Below, piece after piece: positions 1 through 10,848 of a stretch of 48,351 bases of DNA; positions within the stretch are counted from its first letter, which is position 1; the number at the start of each line of letters is the position of its first letter. The notes under the pieces are model-generated. The model had not been told where the DNA came from. It made no database searches and saw only the letters and a list, made by a program, of their open reading frames with translations. The DNA is from Chiloscyllium plagiosum (lineage: Eukaryota): NCBI RefSeq assembly GCF_004010195.1, contig NC_057717.1:69295828-69344178 (forward strand). Reading direction: 5' to 3'. A program made the translations under genes and the position numbers.

Positions 1-120
1 CTTGTATATTGTAACCAGGTTTACATTAATCAGATTGGGTTCTATCAGCCCTGCAGGGACAGGCTGCAACGTCATGAGATGGATAATAGGCTGTAAAATT
101 TCAAGGAAGGAAAGAGTCAA

Positions 121-312
121 GATTAGAGCGGTGCTGGTAAAAGCACAGCAGGTAAGGCAGCATTTGAAGAGTGGAACATCGACGCTTTGAGCACGAGCCT
201 TTCAACAGGAATTGCGAAGCCTGCTCATCGGATGCTGCCTGACCTGCTCTGCTTTTCCCGAATCACTCTAATCGACTCAAATCTCCAGCATCTGCAGTCC
301 ACACTTTCACCT
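121..312. mobile_element. Degenerate palindromic PLE-pLTR-derived repeat
   Basis: Inverted arms GATTAGAGCGGTGCTGG..AGCAGG..GGCAGCAT / ATGCTGCCTGACCTGCT..CACTCTAATC, then CTCCAGCATCTGCAGTCC, which is shared with 27030-27060. Confidence 0.6.
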
Positions 313-929
313 CAGGGAAGGAAGGAGTTATAGTGCCTCTTATATTCCCATCTGAATGGTATTTTATTGATTTCAAAACAGGGAAAGGATGGCCACTCAG
401 TTGGACAATGTGGAGTCTGTTTCCATCAATACTGACATTTTATTAGCAGTAGGTGGATCCTCCATTGTGTGGGATACCATAAACTGAATACTAGAGGCAC
501 GCCTGAAAACTCAGGATGTCCCACGTAAACAAGACCATATAGCTAACAGCAGGATGTCCAAACTGCATACTGGAACAGCCTCCTATCCACGATCACAGTC
601 ATTACTGGAACTGGAAATCCAAGCAAATGAGTAGAAGAGGCCATGGGAGGTGGAGAGTACACAATGTTGCCAGGGCCAGGTTGACAGGTTCTGTTGAGGC
701 CATTAATGATTCTTTTAACATACCTTCAGTTGGCGCATGGAACTTCATCAAGCGGCAGTATTATGAACACAGCTATTTTAGTGCTGTCAGGCTAAAATTG
801 AACACCGGCCATGAGAGAAAAAATATTCACATTCAGTGCTTTACACTTGAGACGTTTCTGTGTGTGTTTGTGTGAAAGGATTTATAATGTTGTTAAAACT
901 CAATTAGTTTCATACAATGGTGATTTATT

Positions 930-1395
930 GTTTATTCATTTGTGGGACTTGGGCGTCGTTGGCTGTCCAGCATTGATAGCCCATCCCTAATTGCCCTCGA
1001 GAAGGTAGTGCTGAGCTGCCTTCTTGAATTTCTGCAGTCCACGTGCTGTGGGTTGACCCACAATACCAGTAGGGACGAATTTCAGGGTTTTGACCCAACA
1101 ACTGAGAAAGAATGGCGATATATTTCCATGTCAGTGGCTTGGAGGGGACTTCCAGATGGTGGTGCTCCCAAGTACCTGCTCCCCTTGTCTTTTTGGATGG
1201 AAGTGGTTGTGTGTTTGGAAGATGCTGTCTTGGAATCTTTGGTTAATTTCCGCAGTGCACCATGTAGAGTGTAATAACTGCTGCCACTGAGTGCTGGTGA
1301 TGGAGGGACTGAATGTTTGTGGATGTGGTGCCAAATAGACAGGCAGCTTTGTGTCTAGCTTGTTCAGGATTGTCAGAGTTGCACCTATCCAGGTA
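930..1395 (-). mobile_element. LINE 3' end fragment
   Basis: ATTCATTTGTGGGAC..GCCCTCGAGAAGG..AGCTGC recurs at 46125-46260. The reverse complement resembles the LINE at 27900-28000. Confidence 0.65.
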
Positions 1396-1399
1396 AGAA

Positions 1400-2452
1400 A
1401 TTGAGGGTTTAGTTAAGAAAACGAAGGAAGCAGATGTAAGGTATAGACAGGATAGACTGAGTAATCCTAAAAAGAGTATAATAGCAGGAAGAGTATATTT
1501 AAGAGATTGCTTTCGCAGGTAGAATTAAGGAGAATCCAAAAGGTTTTTACAAATACATTAAGAACAAAAGGGTAAGTCGGGAGAGAATAGGACCCCTCAG
1601 AGATCGACAAAGCGGCCTTTGTGTGGAGCTGCAGAAAATGGGGAGATGCCAAACTAAATATTTTGCATCAGTATTTACTGTGGAAAAAGATATAGAAGAT
1701 ATAGATTGTAGGGAAATAGATGGTGACACCTTGCAAAATGTCCATATTACAGAGATGGAAGTGCCGGATGTCTTGAAATGCATAAAGATGCAGGGAATCC
1801 TGAGGGACAGGATGTTCATGTATTTCAAAAGTCACGGACTTATTAGGGATAGTCAATGCGACTTGGTGCGAGGGAAATCATGTCTCACAAACTTGAGTAA
1901 GCTTGTTTGAAGAAATAATAAAGAGGATCGATGAGGACAGAGCATTACAGATGATCTATATGGACTTCAGTAAGATATTCGGCAAAGCCCCCCAGAGCTG
2001 ACTGGTCAGCAAGGTTAGATCTAAAATACAGGGTGAACTAGGCATTTGAATACAGAACTGGCTCAAATGTAGAAGACAGAGCATGGTGGTGGAAGGTTCT
2101 TTTTCAGACTGGAGGCCTGTGACTAGTGGAGTGCCACAAGGATTGGTGCTGGGACCTATACTTTTTGTCAGTTATAAAAATGATTTGGAACCGAGCTTAA
2201 GAGTTACAGTTAACAAGTTTGCAGATGACACCAAAATTGGAGGTGTAGAGGGCAGCGAAGAAGGTTACCTCAGATTACAACAGGATCTTGATCAGTTCGG
2301 CCAATGGGCTGAGAAGTGGCAGATGGAGTTTAATTCAAATATATGCCAGGTGCTGCATTTTGGGACAGCAAATCTTAGCAGGATTTAGGCAGTTAATGGT
2401 AAGGTCCTAGGGAGTGTTGTTGAGCAAAGAGACCTTGGAGCGCAGGTTCATC
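1400..2452 (+). mobile_element. CR1/HER1-type LINE ORF2 reverse transcriptase fragment (decayed)
   Basis: Peptides GKSCLTNL, VTSGVPQGLVLGP, NKFADDTKIG and WQMEFN, with frameshifts. Confidence 0.92.
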
Positions 2453-2483
2453 TTAATTCCCTTTTAGATTTCGTGGGGACTCA

Positions 2484-4470
2484 TGGAGTCATAGAGATAT
2501 ACAGCACGGAAATAGTCTCTTGGATCCAACTCATCCATGCCGACCATATATCTCAACCATGTCTAGTCCCACCTGCCAGCACATGGCCCATATCCCTCCA
2601 ACTCTTCCTATTCATATACCTATCCAAATGTCTTTTAAATGTTGCAATTGTACTAGCCGTCACCACTTCCTCTGGCAGCTCACTCCATACATATATCAAC
2701 CTCTGAGTGAAAATGTTGCCTCTTAGTTCTCTTTTGTATCTATCCCCTCCCACCCTAAATCTATGCCCTCTCGTTCTGGACTCCCCCATTCCAGGGAAAA
2801 TACATTGTCTATTTATCCTATCAAAACCCCTCATGATTTTATAAACCTCTATAAGGTCACCTTTCAGTCTCCGATTCTTCAGGGAAAATAACCCTAGCGG
2901 TTTCAACCTCTGCCAATGGGTTAAATCCTTCAATTCTGGCAATATCCTTGTAAATGTTTTCTGAACACTTCCAAGATTCACATTATTTTTTCTGATAGGA
3001 AGGAGACCAGAATAACGCGCAAAATTCCAAAAGTGGTCGAATCAATGTCCCGTCCAGATGCACCGTGATCTTCCAACTCCTGTACTCAATACTCTGACCA
3101 ATAAAGGAAAGCATACAAACGTCTTCTTCACTATGCTTTCTGCCTGCGACTCCGCTTTCAAGGAGCTGTGAACATGGACTTCAAGGTCTTTTTGTTCAGT
3201 AACACTCCCTAGGACCTGACCATAAGTCCTGCTAAAATTTGCTTTCCCGAAATGCAGCACATCACATTTATCTAAATTAAACTCCATCTGTCACTTCTCG
3301 GCTCATTGTCCCATTTTAAAAAGATCCCATTATAATCTGGAGTAATCTTCGCTGTCCACTGCACCTCCAATTTTGATGTCATCTGTAAACGGACCAACTA
3401 TATTCTTATTCTCATATCCAAATCATTTACATAAATGATGAAATATAATGGTCCTCGCAACAATCTTTGTGGCACTCCACTGGACACAGGCTTCCAGTCT
3501 GAAAAACAACCCTCCACTCCCATCCTCTGTCTTCTACCTGTGAGTCATTTCTGTATCCAAATGGTGAGTTGTCCCAGTAATCCAGGAGATCTAACCTTGC
3601 TCACTAGTCTCTCATGGGAAACCTTGTTGCACGCCTTACTGATGTCCATATAGATAATGTCTACCACTCTGCCCTCATCAATCCTCTTTGTTACTTCTTC
3701 AAAAATCCTCAAGCAAGTTTTTGAGACATGATTTTCCACGCATAAAGCCAGGTTGATTATCCCTAATAAATCCTTGCCTTTCCAATTACATGTACATCTT
3801 GTCCTTCAGAATTCCCTCCAACAACGTGCCCACCACTGACATCAACCTATTTGGTCTGTAGCTCCCTGATTTGTCCTTACCACCTTTCTTAATTAGTGGC
3901 ACCACGTTAGCCAACCTCCAAGCTTCTGGGCACCTCACCAGTGACTATCAATGATACAGATATCTCAGCAAGAGGCCCTGCAATCACTTCCCTAGCTTTC
4001 CACATAGTTCTAGGGTACACCTGATCAGGTTCTGGAGATTTATAAATTTTATGCGTTTCAAGACATCCAACACTTCCTCCTCTATAATATGGACATTTTT
4101 CAAGATGTCAATATCTATTTCCCTGCATTCCTCATCTTCGATTTGTTTTTCCACAATAAATATTGATGCAAAATCGTTGCTCAGTATCTGCCCCATCATC
4201 TTCTGCTCCACACATTGGCCACCTTGCTGATCTTTGAGGGGCCCTATTCTCTCCCTAGATGCCCTTTCTCCTTAATATATTTATCAAAGCCCTTTGGATT
4301 TTCCCTAACTCTGTTTGCCAAAGCCATCTGATGTACCCTTTTTAACTCGCCTCATTTCTCACTTAAGTACACTCCAACTGCCTTTATACTCTTCTAAGTA
4401 TTCACTCGATCTATACTGTCTAAACCGGACATATGATTCCTTTTTTTATTGACAACCTCTACGACTGCTC
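2484..4470 (-). mobile_element. CR1/HER1-type LINE 3' ~2 kb (decayed)
   Basis: RRLKGDLIEVYKIMRG, FTQRLIYVWSELP, EEVTKRIDEGRVVDIIYMD. The 3' tail corresponds to AGAGTCATAGAG on the + strand. Confidence 0.92.
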
Positions 4471-4479
4471 TACCTCATG

Positions 4480-6410
4480 GAGGAAACGTTTTCTCTGCCC
4501 CTGCTCTTATCAAAACCTTTCATAATTTTTGACTCCTCAGCCAGTTTTTCTTTTCAAGAAAGAGGGAACAGCACGACAACTCCTCCAAAAATATATACAC
4601 TAAAAATGTTGTGTTTCACTCTTTTAAATCTCTCTTCATCCTCTCCACTGCTTGTGCCCATTCCATAACGTGGCAGCAGGAACTTCAGGCAATACTTTTA
4701 ATTAAAATCGAAACCAGTTTTAGTAGGTATTTAGCAAGATATCCCTACTTTCAAATCTCTCCATCTATACATAAATTGTTTGTGTTTTGATGGGTCTTCG
4801 TTTTCCTTTGGCATTTTTTTTAGTGACTGATGTAATTGTGTGAGACCCCTTTATCTGTCTCTCCCAATTAGACATGCAAATTCGACTAAGTGACCTGCTA
4901 CACTATTCCTACCAAGATACATCACGTTACATTCATCTGTGTCGAATTTCGTTTGCCAATTATTTCACCACACTTTAAATTTATTAATGACCTCCTGTAA
5001 CTTCTTGCCAACCTCAGGTCTGACTAGCTTGCCAGATTCCCAGCAATTTGATGTCATTGAATTGCTAAATACTTTTATTTTGTAATAATTAGAGACAGTA
5101 TTTAATTTGCAGTTATACTTTATTGTGCTTTGGAGATTTTTTGGGTTAAGTTCTCGGTGAAGTACAGTAATTCACATGATAACTGTAACAACAAAATGTA
5201 AATTGACGGGTTGATATAAGTTATTACAAATACAGAAATAATTTATAGGTTCTATTAATTGCAAGCTGTAGAAATTGAAAAGGCACTCATCCTCTATTTT
5301 AAACTAATTGATATTAAAACAACGATACAATTCATGTAAAATGCAGCATGATTTATGAAGGACTCCCTCTCGGTTTCTCAATCTTCACGGCCACATTCAA
5401 TAATATAATAAGAGACTTAATAATCTGTTTGTTTTCCCTGGAGCATCTGAGGGCAAGGGGTAAACAATCTTGAGTGGCGTAAATATAGTTAATAGACAGG
5501 ATGTTTTCCTGGGTTGAGGGAGTGCAGAACGAGAGGGTGTAGTTTTAGAGTGAGAGGGGAAAAAAATGAAAGGGCCCGAATGGGCAACTTTTTAAAGCAG
5601 AGGATGTTGCATGTATGGAATGAGCTGCCAGAGGAAGTGGTGAAGGTTGGTACAATCTTCATATATCGTATTTCATATCATATCCCTTTTCTCCCTCGTG
5701 ATTTCTCTTTTTAAAAAATTACCTACCATTCTTATAATTTTCAGGAAATTCACACGATCTCATTTGTCTGTATCTAATATACAACTCATTTTTATTCTTA
5801 ACCAGAACATGAGCATCTTTATTTGTCCATTGTTTCCTGCTTTTACCACCCTTACCTTCACTCTAACAGGAACACGATGCCGCTGACGTTTCAGTATCTC
5901 ACTTATGAAAACAGTTTACTCTAGTGAACTCTTGGACTTTTTTGTTTCATACTATCAAAGATCCTCCGAATCCAATTTACACAAGCCCTACCTTTCCATA
6001 AGTATTTTCGAACTAATTGAATTATAATCACTGGTCCCAAACTGCTTCGCTACAAGCACTTCAATCACTTGCCCTGCCTTATATCACAAGACAAGGGGAA
6101 GTTTTTTTTTCTCTCTGTGGTGGATGCACCTACATATTGTGAAGAAACTTTTGTTGAACATATGTACCAAATTTCTCACCATCCAAGTCCTTTAACATTA
6201 TGGCTGTCCCAATTTATGTTTGGCCGGTTAAAATTCACTATTATTACAACTCCATTATTCTTACATATAAATGAGATCTCTTTGCATATTTGTTCTTCAA
6301 TTTCACCATGACTACTAGGGGAGTCGATTACATTCACATCGCCTTCTTATTTCTGACTTCCATTTAGTTAGCTCAGAAATATCCTCTCTTAGTTCAGCAG
6401 TACTATCTCA
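4480..6410. mobile_element. Mosaic of old CR1-like fragments (+ 3' piece 5420-5660; - endonuclease-region piece ~5690-6410)
   Basis: RVRGEK..NFLKQRMLHVWNELPEEVV. Similar to other CR1 copies in the window. Confidence 0.6.
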
Positions 6411-7669
6411 CGACAGGAAAAAAAAACTGACGGGAAGCGCCTTCTCGATCTTCCGACTTCTGCATCACATTTTGATGGTCAGAATTGCCCTTACAGGACT
6501 CTGCATAAGTTACGCTAGCTATCCTTAATAACTGAAATAGAAAACGTAATAGGTGACTTGGTGATGGGAAATGTAAAGGTATATTGTGCGTAAGGCAAAT
6601 TCTGGATATGGCACATAACTCCATTCTCACTGCTCAGGTCTTGTCTGGGCTGCAGTAACTTCAGAGTATTTTCTATTTGTTTTTTTGATGAAATCAAACT
6701 CATCCCAATCGCTGTTTTGTAGTAGTCAAACATTTGTTACCAGAAGTTTGCTTTTTCAGGATGTAAGTCGCCTTCCTCGGAGTTCAATGTTTGGTTTACT
6801 TGTTGTTACAACCTCTGCCTCGGTACAATAGGCACAATTAAAGAAGATAAATGAATAACAATTTAAGGTCATTTATTGCGATGTTGGAAGAACAAGGTAG
6901 AACTTCAATTTTTTACAGATGTTGCAGGGAAGGACATCAAATGAAAAGTAGCAGATGTTCCAGTAACAACGTCCTTGTGTCAGCTATATCTCAGTCTCGT
7001 AAAGGTGTGACGTGCTTCTTTATTTTGTGATGAACTCAGAAGAACATACAATAGTAAAAGTGTAAATCCGAAGGTGAGCAGAAGGAGAGGATCATCGGTG
7101 TATGTGTGCTCAAATCAGGGAATTTACCATGACATGTCGACAGAAGAACAAATAAATACCAACTTCATAAATAGTGCTGCCGACAACAAGCGAAAGGAAT
7201 TCTGTTAAAACGAAATAAAACAGTCCGTTGTCTCACCTGGAATATTGCATCCAGTTTTAGGTGCTAACTTTTTGCAAAAAAACATGCAAAGTCATGAGGG
7301 AGGGTGCATGACTGATTCACAACAGTGTTCCTGGGATGATTCATCTCATCGACTTTGAGAAATTAGAACTGGTCTCTGCTGAACAGGAATTTTTAATTTA
7401 ATTGAACCCTTAAATGCCTGATACATTTTGGTAGATTCACTTAGAGTGAAACTGTTCCCGCTGAAGAAGAATTCAGAGCATTCAGGCACTTTCTAAATAT
7501 AATTGGCAATCGAAATATCACAAAACAAGATAAAGTGAAACTTACTTGAATATAGGGAATGCTTTAGATAATTTCTGCTCCTGTAAAATGTGCAGCAGAC
7601 TCAGGATTAATTATTACATTCACGGTGCATTCGCTTTTTGTCTGGCGTTTTGCTTTGAAACAGCAGTTA

Positions 7670-7890
7670 TGATTGATCTGTGGATAAGCACATCGACCTG
7701 GACCGAATATGCCGACCACTGCAGCGGACAGCTGGAACTGACAACTGGAAGCGGCAGATTCAAACCACTATGAATGCCGGAGCAGACATCACAAAAGCGC
7801 TTCACAAGAGTCTCCCAAGCACTGAGGATGTCACCTGGACAGGGGACGAAACGTCTATAACACAAATTCCCAGCTCGGCGAACAGAATGC
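7670..7890 (+). mobile_element. PLE 3' end/pLTR fragment with minimal hammerhead motif
   Basis: Typical PLE C-terminus (KHIDLDRIC.PL), followed by CTGAGGA-stem-GAAACGTC at 7822-7855. Confidence 0.65.
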
Positions 7891-9137
7891 AAAATATGTG
7901 ACTAATGTTCTAACCGTTTAGGGAGAGCCTCTGTGTGTGCCGATTTTCTTCAAATGAGCAGTTCATTTCAAATTTGAGAAGGAATATGTGTGTAAATGTC
8001 TGTATTTAAGTTGATCATTTGTCCCTTGCAGTGGTATAAATTTCATGTTTAACAATGAAATGACAAAGTAAAATACACGGGAAAGCTTTGTTGTGTGAAT
8101 TTCTTATCAGACCTCGAGTAATTACAGATCGTTGGGTGTTCTAGATATCAGATTTGGCGGAGGCAAATCTAAATTGATGGATTATTTGAAAACTCTACAA
8201 TTGTTTTGATAAGGGATTTATTCTACATATATAGCTTCCTGAACTAATAAACTCTGACCAGTAGAGACGTCTTCAGAGTCTCGAGACCAGATCGGATCCA
8301 GTCTCAGGAAACAGTTGCAATGATTGTTGCTGAATTCCGACTGTACATCTGATTTCTGCCTTGCCTGATCGAAATGGAGCTGTGATCTATAATTTTTGTG
8401 GGTTTCTGTTCAGTAATATTCCTGTATAAAACATATCACGGCCTCACCTAATGTGATTTGAGAGGTGTGGTGTGTCAAATAGATCCTAGAATTTATACTC
8501 CATGAGTATTAGGTGTGCGAAAAACTCTAGTTGAGAGAAACCACCTTTGGTTTGTACATGTGTTGTGCCTGCATATGTGACTGAACAGAAGCAAATACAA
8601 CACATTCAATATCCAATCAAAAGAATGAAATGCAGCACCACAAGAAGATTTCATGACAGTATCCAAAGTGCTTGTTATCAACAAAATTAACAACTCAAAT
8701 GACAAAATGCAATCATGTTAAGAGCATTATGCACCCAGGGAATATAGTCAATAAATATTATCATCCTGTTTAGTGATATTTCCAACATCCTTAAGTTTCT
8801 TAGCATTTGTTGTCGGTAATAAAACGCAAAGATAGTGGGTGTTACTAAACTTTGCTGATACCTGACTGATTGAGAGACTTTAGGTGTTTCAAGTAAGTCA
8901 GCCACACAGAATACCCATCTGAGTTTTTTTTTAAAAATGCACTGAGCATCTGATTCCGCCAACACTACTTCAGTCATTTTCTGAGATTTAATGTAAGTCT
9001 ATTGTCAGTTTTAACAAAAATCAAACTGAATCAAACAAGCTCAGCACTGGATCTAAGTTTCATTTAAATTCAGGAATTATTCACATGAATGGAACGTTAG
9101 CAAAAAATAAAGTCCCTGAGAAAGGTCACATTCTTAC

Positions 9138-9185
9138 GTGAAGTCACCATCACCATGGTCCCTTGGCCCCCGAAACCAAGATAAT
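9138..9185 (-). other. IGHJ: IgH J segment YLGFGGQGTMVMVTS (non-canonical: GGQG replaces WGQG)
   Basis: Minus strand: AT TAT CTT GGT TTC GGG GGC CAA GGG ACC ATG GTG ATG GTG ACT TCA C|GTAAGA. RSS upstream, splice donor downstream. Confidence 0.92.
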
Positions 9186-9224
9186 CACAGCGTTACATTC
9201 TCTGGACTGGGTCACACAATAACT
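9186..9224 (+). other. J 5' RSS (23 spacer)
   Basis: CACAGCG (9186-9192) + 23 nt + ACAATAACT (9216-9224). Confidence 0.88.
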
Positions 9225-9561
9225 GACTTTGCATAAAAACAAACACAAACCTGCATTATTCTAAATATTCAGAACCACTGTCAAAATGAAGTCGCGATAA
9301 ATCTTCATCATGTTATCATTGTACAGTGAATACTGATCATTCTTATGAAATCATTATAATGTTTTATACTTCACAGAGAAACGCATGAGCTGATTCTCAC
9401 AATCACCAACTGCTACAATAATAATCACCACTATTGCGAATTAAATTTACAAATTAAACAGCGATAATTGCATAATACCCCACAGAACTAATACTGAAGT
9501 GTGAGTTTATGTAGTCTGTATAAGTAAACATTGACTCGTTTCAAACAATGGGGGCTGGACG

Positions 9562-9589
9562 GGTTTTAGTATTGATTATAATTGCAGTG
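9562..9589 (-). other. D2 3' RSS (12 spacer)
   Basis: Minus strand: CACTGCA (9589-9583) + 12 nt + ACTAAAACC (9570-9562). Confidence 0.87.
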
Positions 9590-9603
9590 TCACCCCGGTA
9601 TGT
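9590..9603 (-). other. IGHD: IgH D2 segment ACATACCGGGGTGA (TYRG / HTGV / IPG*)
   Basis: 14 nt flanked by two 12-RSSs, ~375 nt from D1 and ~405 nt from J. Confidence 0.9.
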
Positions 9604-9631
9604 CACTGTGAGATGCATTGTGTCAAATACC
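9604..9631 (+). other. D2 5' RSS (12 spacer)
   Basis: CACTGTG (9604-9610) + 12 nt + TCAAATACC (9623-9631). Confidence 0.88.
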
Positions 9632-9939
9632 ACGGCGGACTGCAAACCGTAAAATGCAGATATTTAATTTAATCAATTCCTGGAAAGAAGTGATCCAGCC
9701 TACACTAAAAATTATTTAGTGGAATATTTCAGCTTTTTCTATTCACTGTATTTTAAAAGCTCGGAATACTTTTGCAAGTTCAGCGTGCATTAATGTAGCC
9801 ATAAAAATGAGGAAAGTAGAACAATTTTATAAATCTGACCAAACTCTTCACTCCTGCATGGGATTCAAATTAACTCTCACATTATTTTCTCGCTCCTTCA
9901 GGTTTAGTCATCACCAACTTGCGACAAACACTTGACAGT

Positions 9940-9977
9940 GGTTTTTGTATGAGGATGTCACGATTGGCATCACTGTG
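9940..9977 (-). other. D1 3' RSS (22 spacer, perfect consensus)
   Basis: Minus strand: CACAGTG (9977-9971) + 22 nt + ACAAAAACC (9948-9940). Confidence 0.96.
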
Positions 9978-9991
9978 ACCCACTGTAGTAT
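9978..9991 (-). other. IGHD: IgH D1 segment ATACTACAGTGGGT (open in all three frames: ILQW / YYSG / TTVG)
   Basis: 14 nt between two outward-facing heptamers. The TACTACAGTGGGT core is characteristic of shark IgM D1. Lies ~430 nt from V. Confidence 0.93.
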
Positions 9992-10019
9992 CACAGCGGA
10001 TTAGACACGTACATTTTCT
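9992..10019 (+). other. D1 5' RSS (12 spacer, degenerate nonamer)
   Basis: CACAGCG (9992-9998) + 12 nt + ACATTTTCT (10011-10019). Confidence 0.8.
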
Positions 10020-10378
10020 GGAAGACACTCTGGATCTCAATTTTCACGAGAAATAGACATTTAATGCTGATAGTGTTTAGAATTAACGGCATGGTTTACA
10101 GAACACGATTAGCAGTCATTTCCCGAAGTGTGAGATACATTAAAACTAACATCATGTACAAGCATTTAATTGGTGGAAGAGTAAGCAGGACATACGACAT
10201 GCCAAAAACATTTTCCCATGATATCACCCAGTTTGTTCTTTTCAATGGTATGTTTCCTCTATTATAGGGTTGTAAACGGCAGTCCGAGGTGTGCTTCAGA
10301 TCGCAGTTGGTTGAACTGAATTTCAAACGGGTACTGACCGTCAGTTAACGATGAAATTGGTAAAATATCCCCTTGAGC

Positions 10379-10417
10379 TGTTTTTGAAAGGGCCCAGCCC
10401 TGATTCCTCTCGCTGTG
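10379..10417 (-). other. V 3' recombination signal sequence (23-RSS)
   Basis: Minus strand: CACAGCG (10417-10411) + 23-nt spacer + TCAAAAACA (10387-10379). Confidence 0.92.
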
Positions 10418-10722
10418 GTATGTTTCACAATAATAGATGGCGGTGTCTTCGATCTTCATGCTCTTCATCTCCAACGTGAAGATGTTGTTTGAAGTGTCTT
10501 TGGAAGCAATAAATCGATTCTTAATCGCTGGGCCATAGTTACTGCTGGATGAACTTTTGTAAATAAGCAGCCACTCCAGCCCCTGCCCGGGAACCTGTTG
10601 GACCCAGTGCATCCAGTATCTGGTAAGATCGAAGCCGCTGGTTTTACAGGTCAGTTTCAGGGTGGCTCCGGGATGGCCACTCTCTGCCTCTGGTTGAGTT
10701 AAAACAATCTCCAACTGGACAC
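10418..10722 (-). CDS. IGHV: IgM-type VH exon, germline and unrearranged: (C)[101 protein letters not shown]
   Basis: Conserved Cys23, Trp41, GLEW and D-T-A-x-YYC. The motifs LTQPEAE..PG, TCKTSGF and SKDTSNNIF are typical of shark IgM VH. Directly followed by an RSS. Confidence 0.96.
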
Positions 10723-10848
10723 CTTTAAAAATGAAAAAAAAAAACCATGAGAATAATGCTGATACAATGATGCCTGAGTCTTTTACATTTCTGAAGCAGA
10801 CTAACATTGAGACAGTAACAAAGAGAGACATGAATGAAAAACACTCAC

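Noticed and set aside
4874-4881. Octamer ATGCAAAT (others at ~26374 and 30043)
   Set aside because: Located in decayed repeats or far from V; expected by chance in AT-rich DNA.
6403-6733. Minus-strand ORFs downstream of J as a possible C-mu1 exon
   Set aside because: No Ig C1-set Cys-Trp-Cys pattern and no resemblance to shark C-mu1; stops in frame.
9159-9174. Reading the J as a TCR/IgL-type FGxG segment
   Set aside because: The sequence is F-G-G-Q-G; the register matches W-G-Q-G with W replaced by G, not FGxG.
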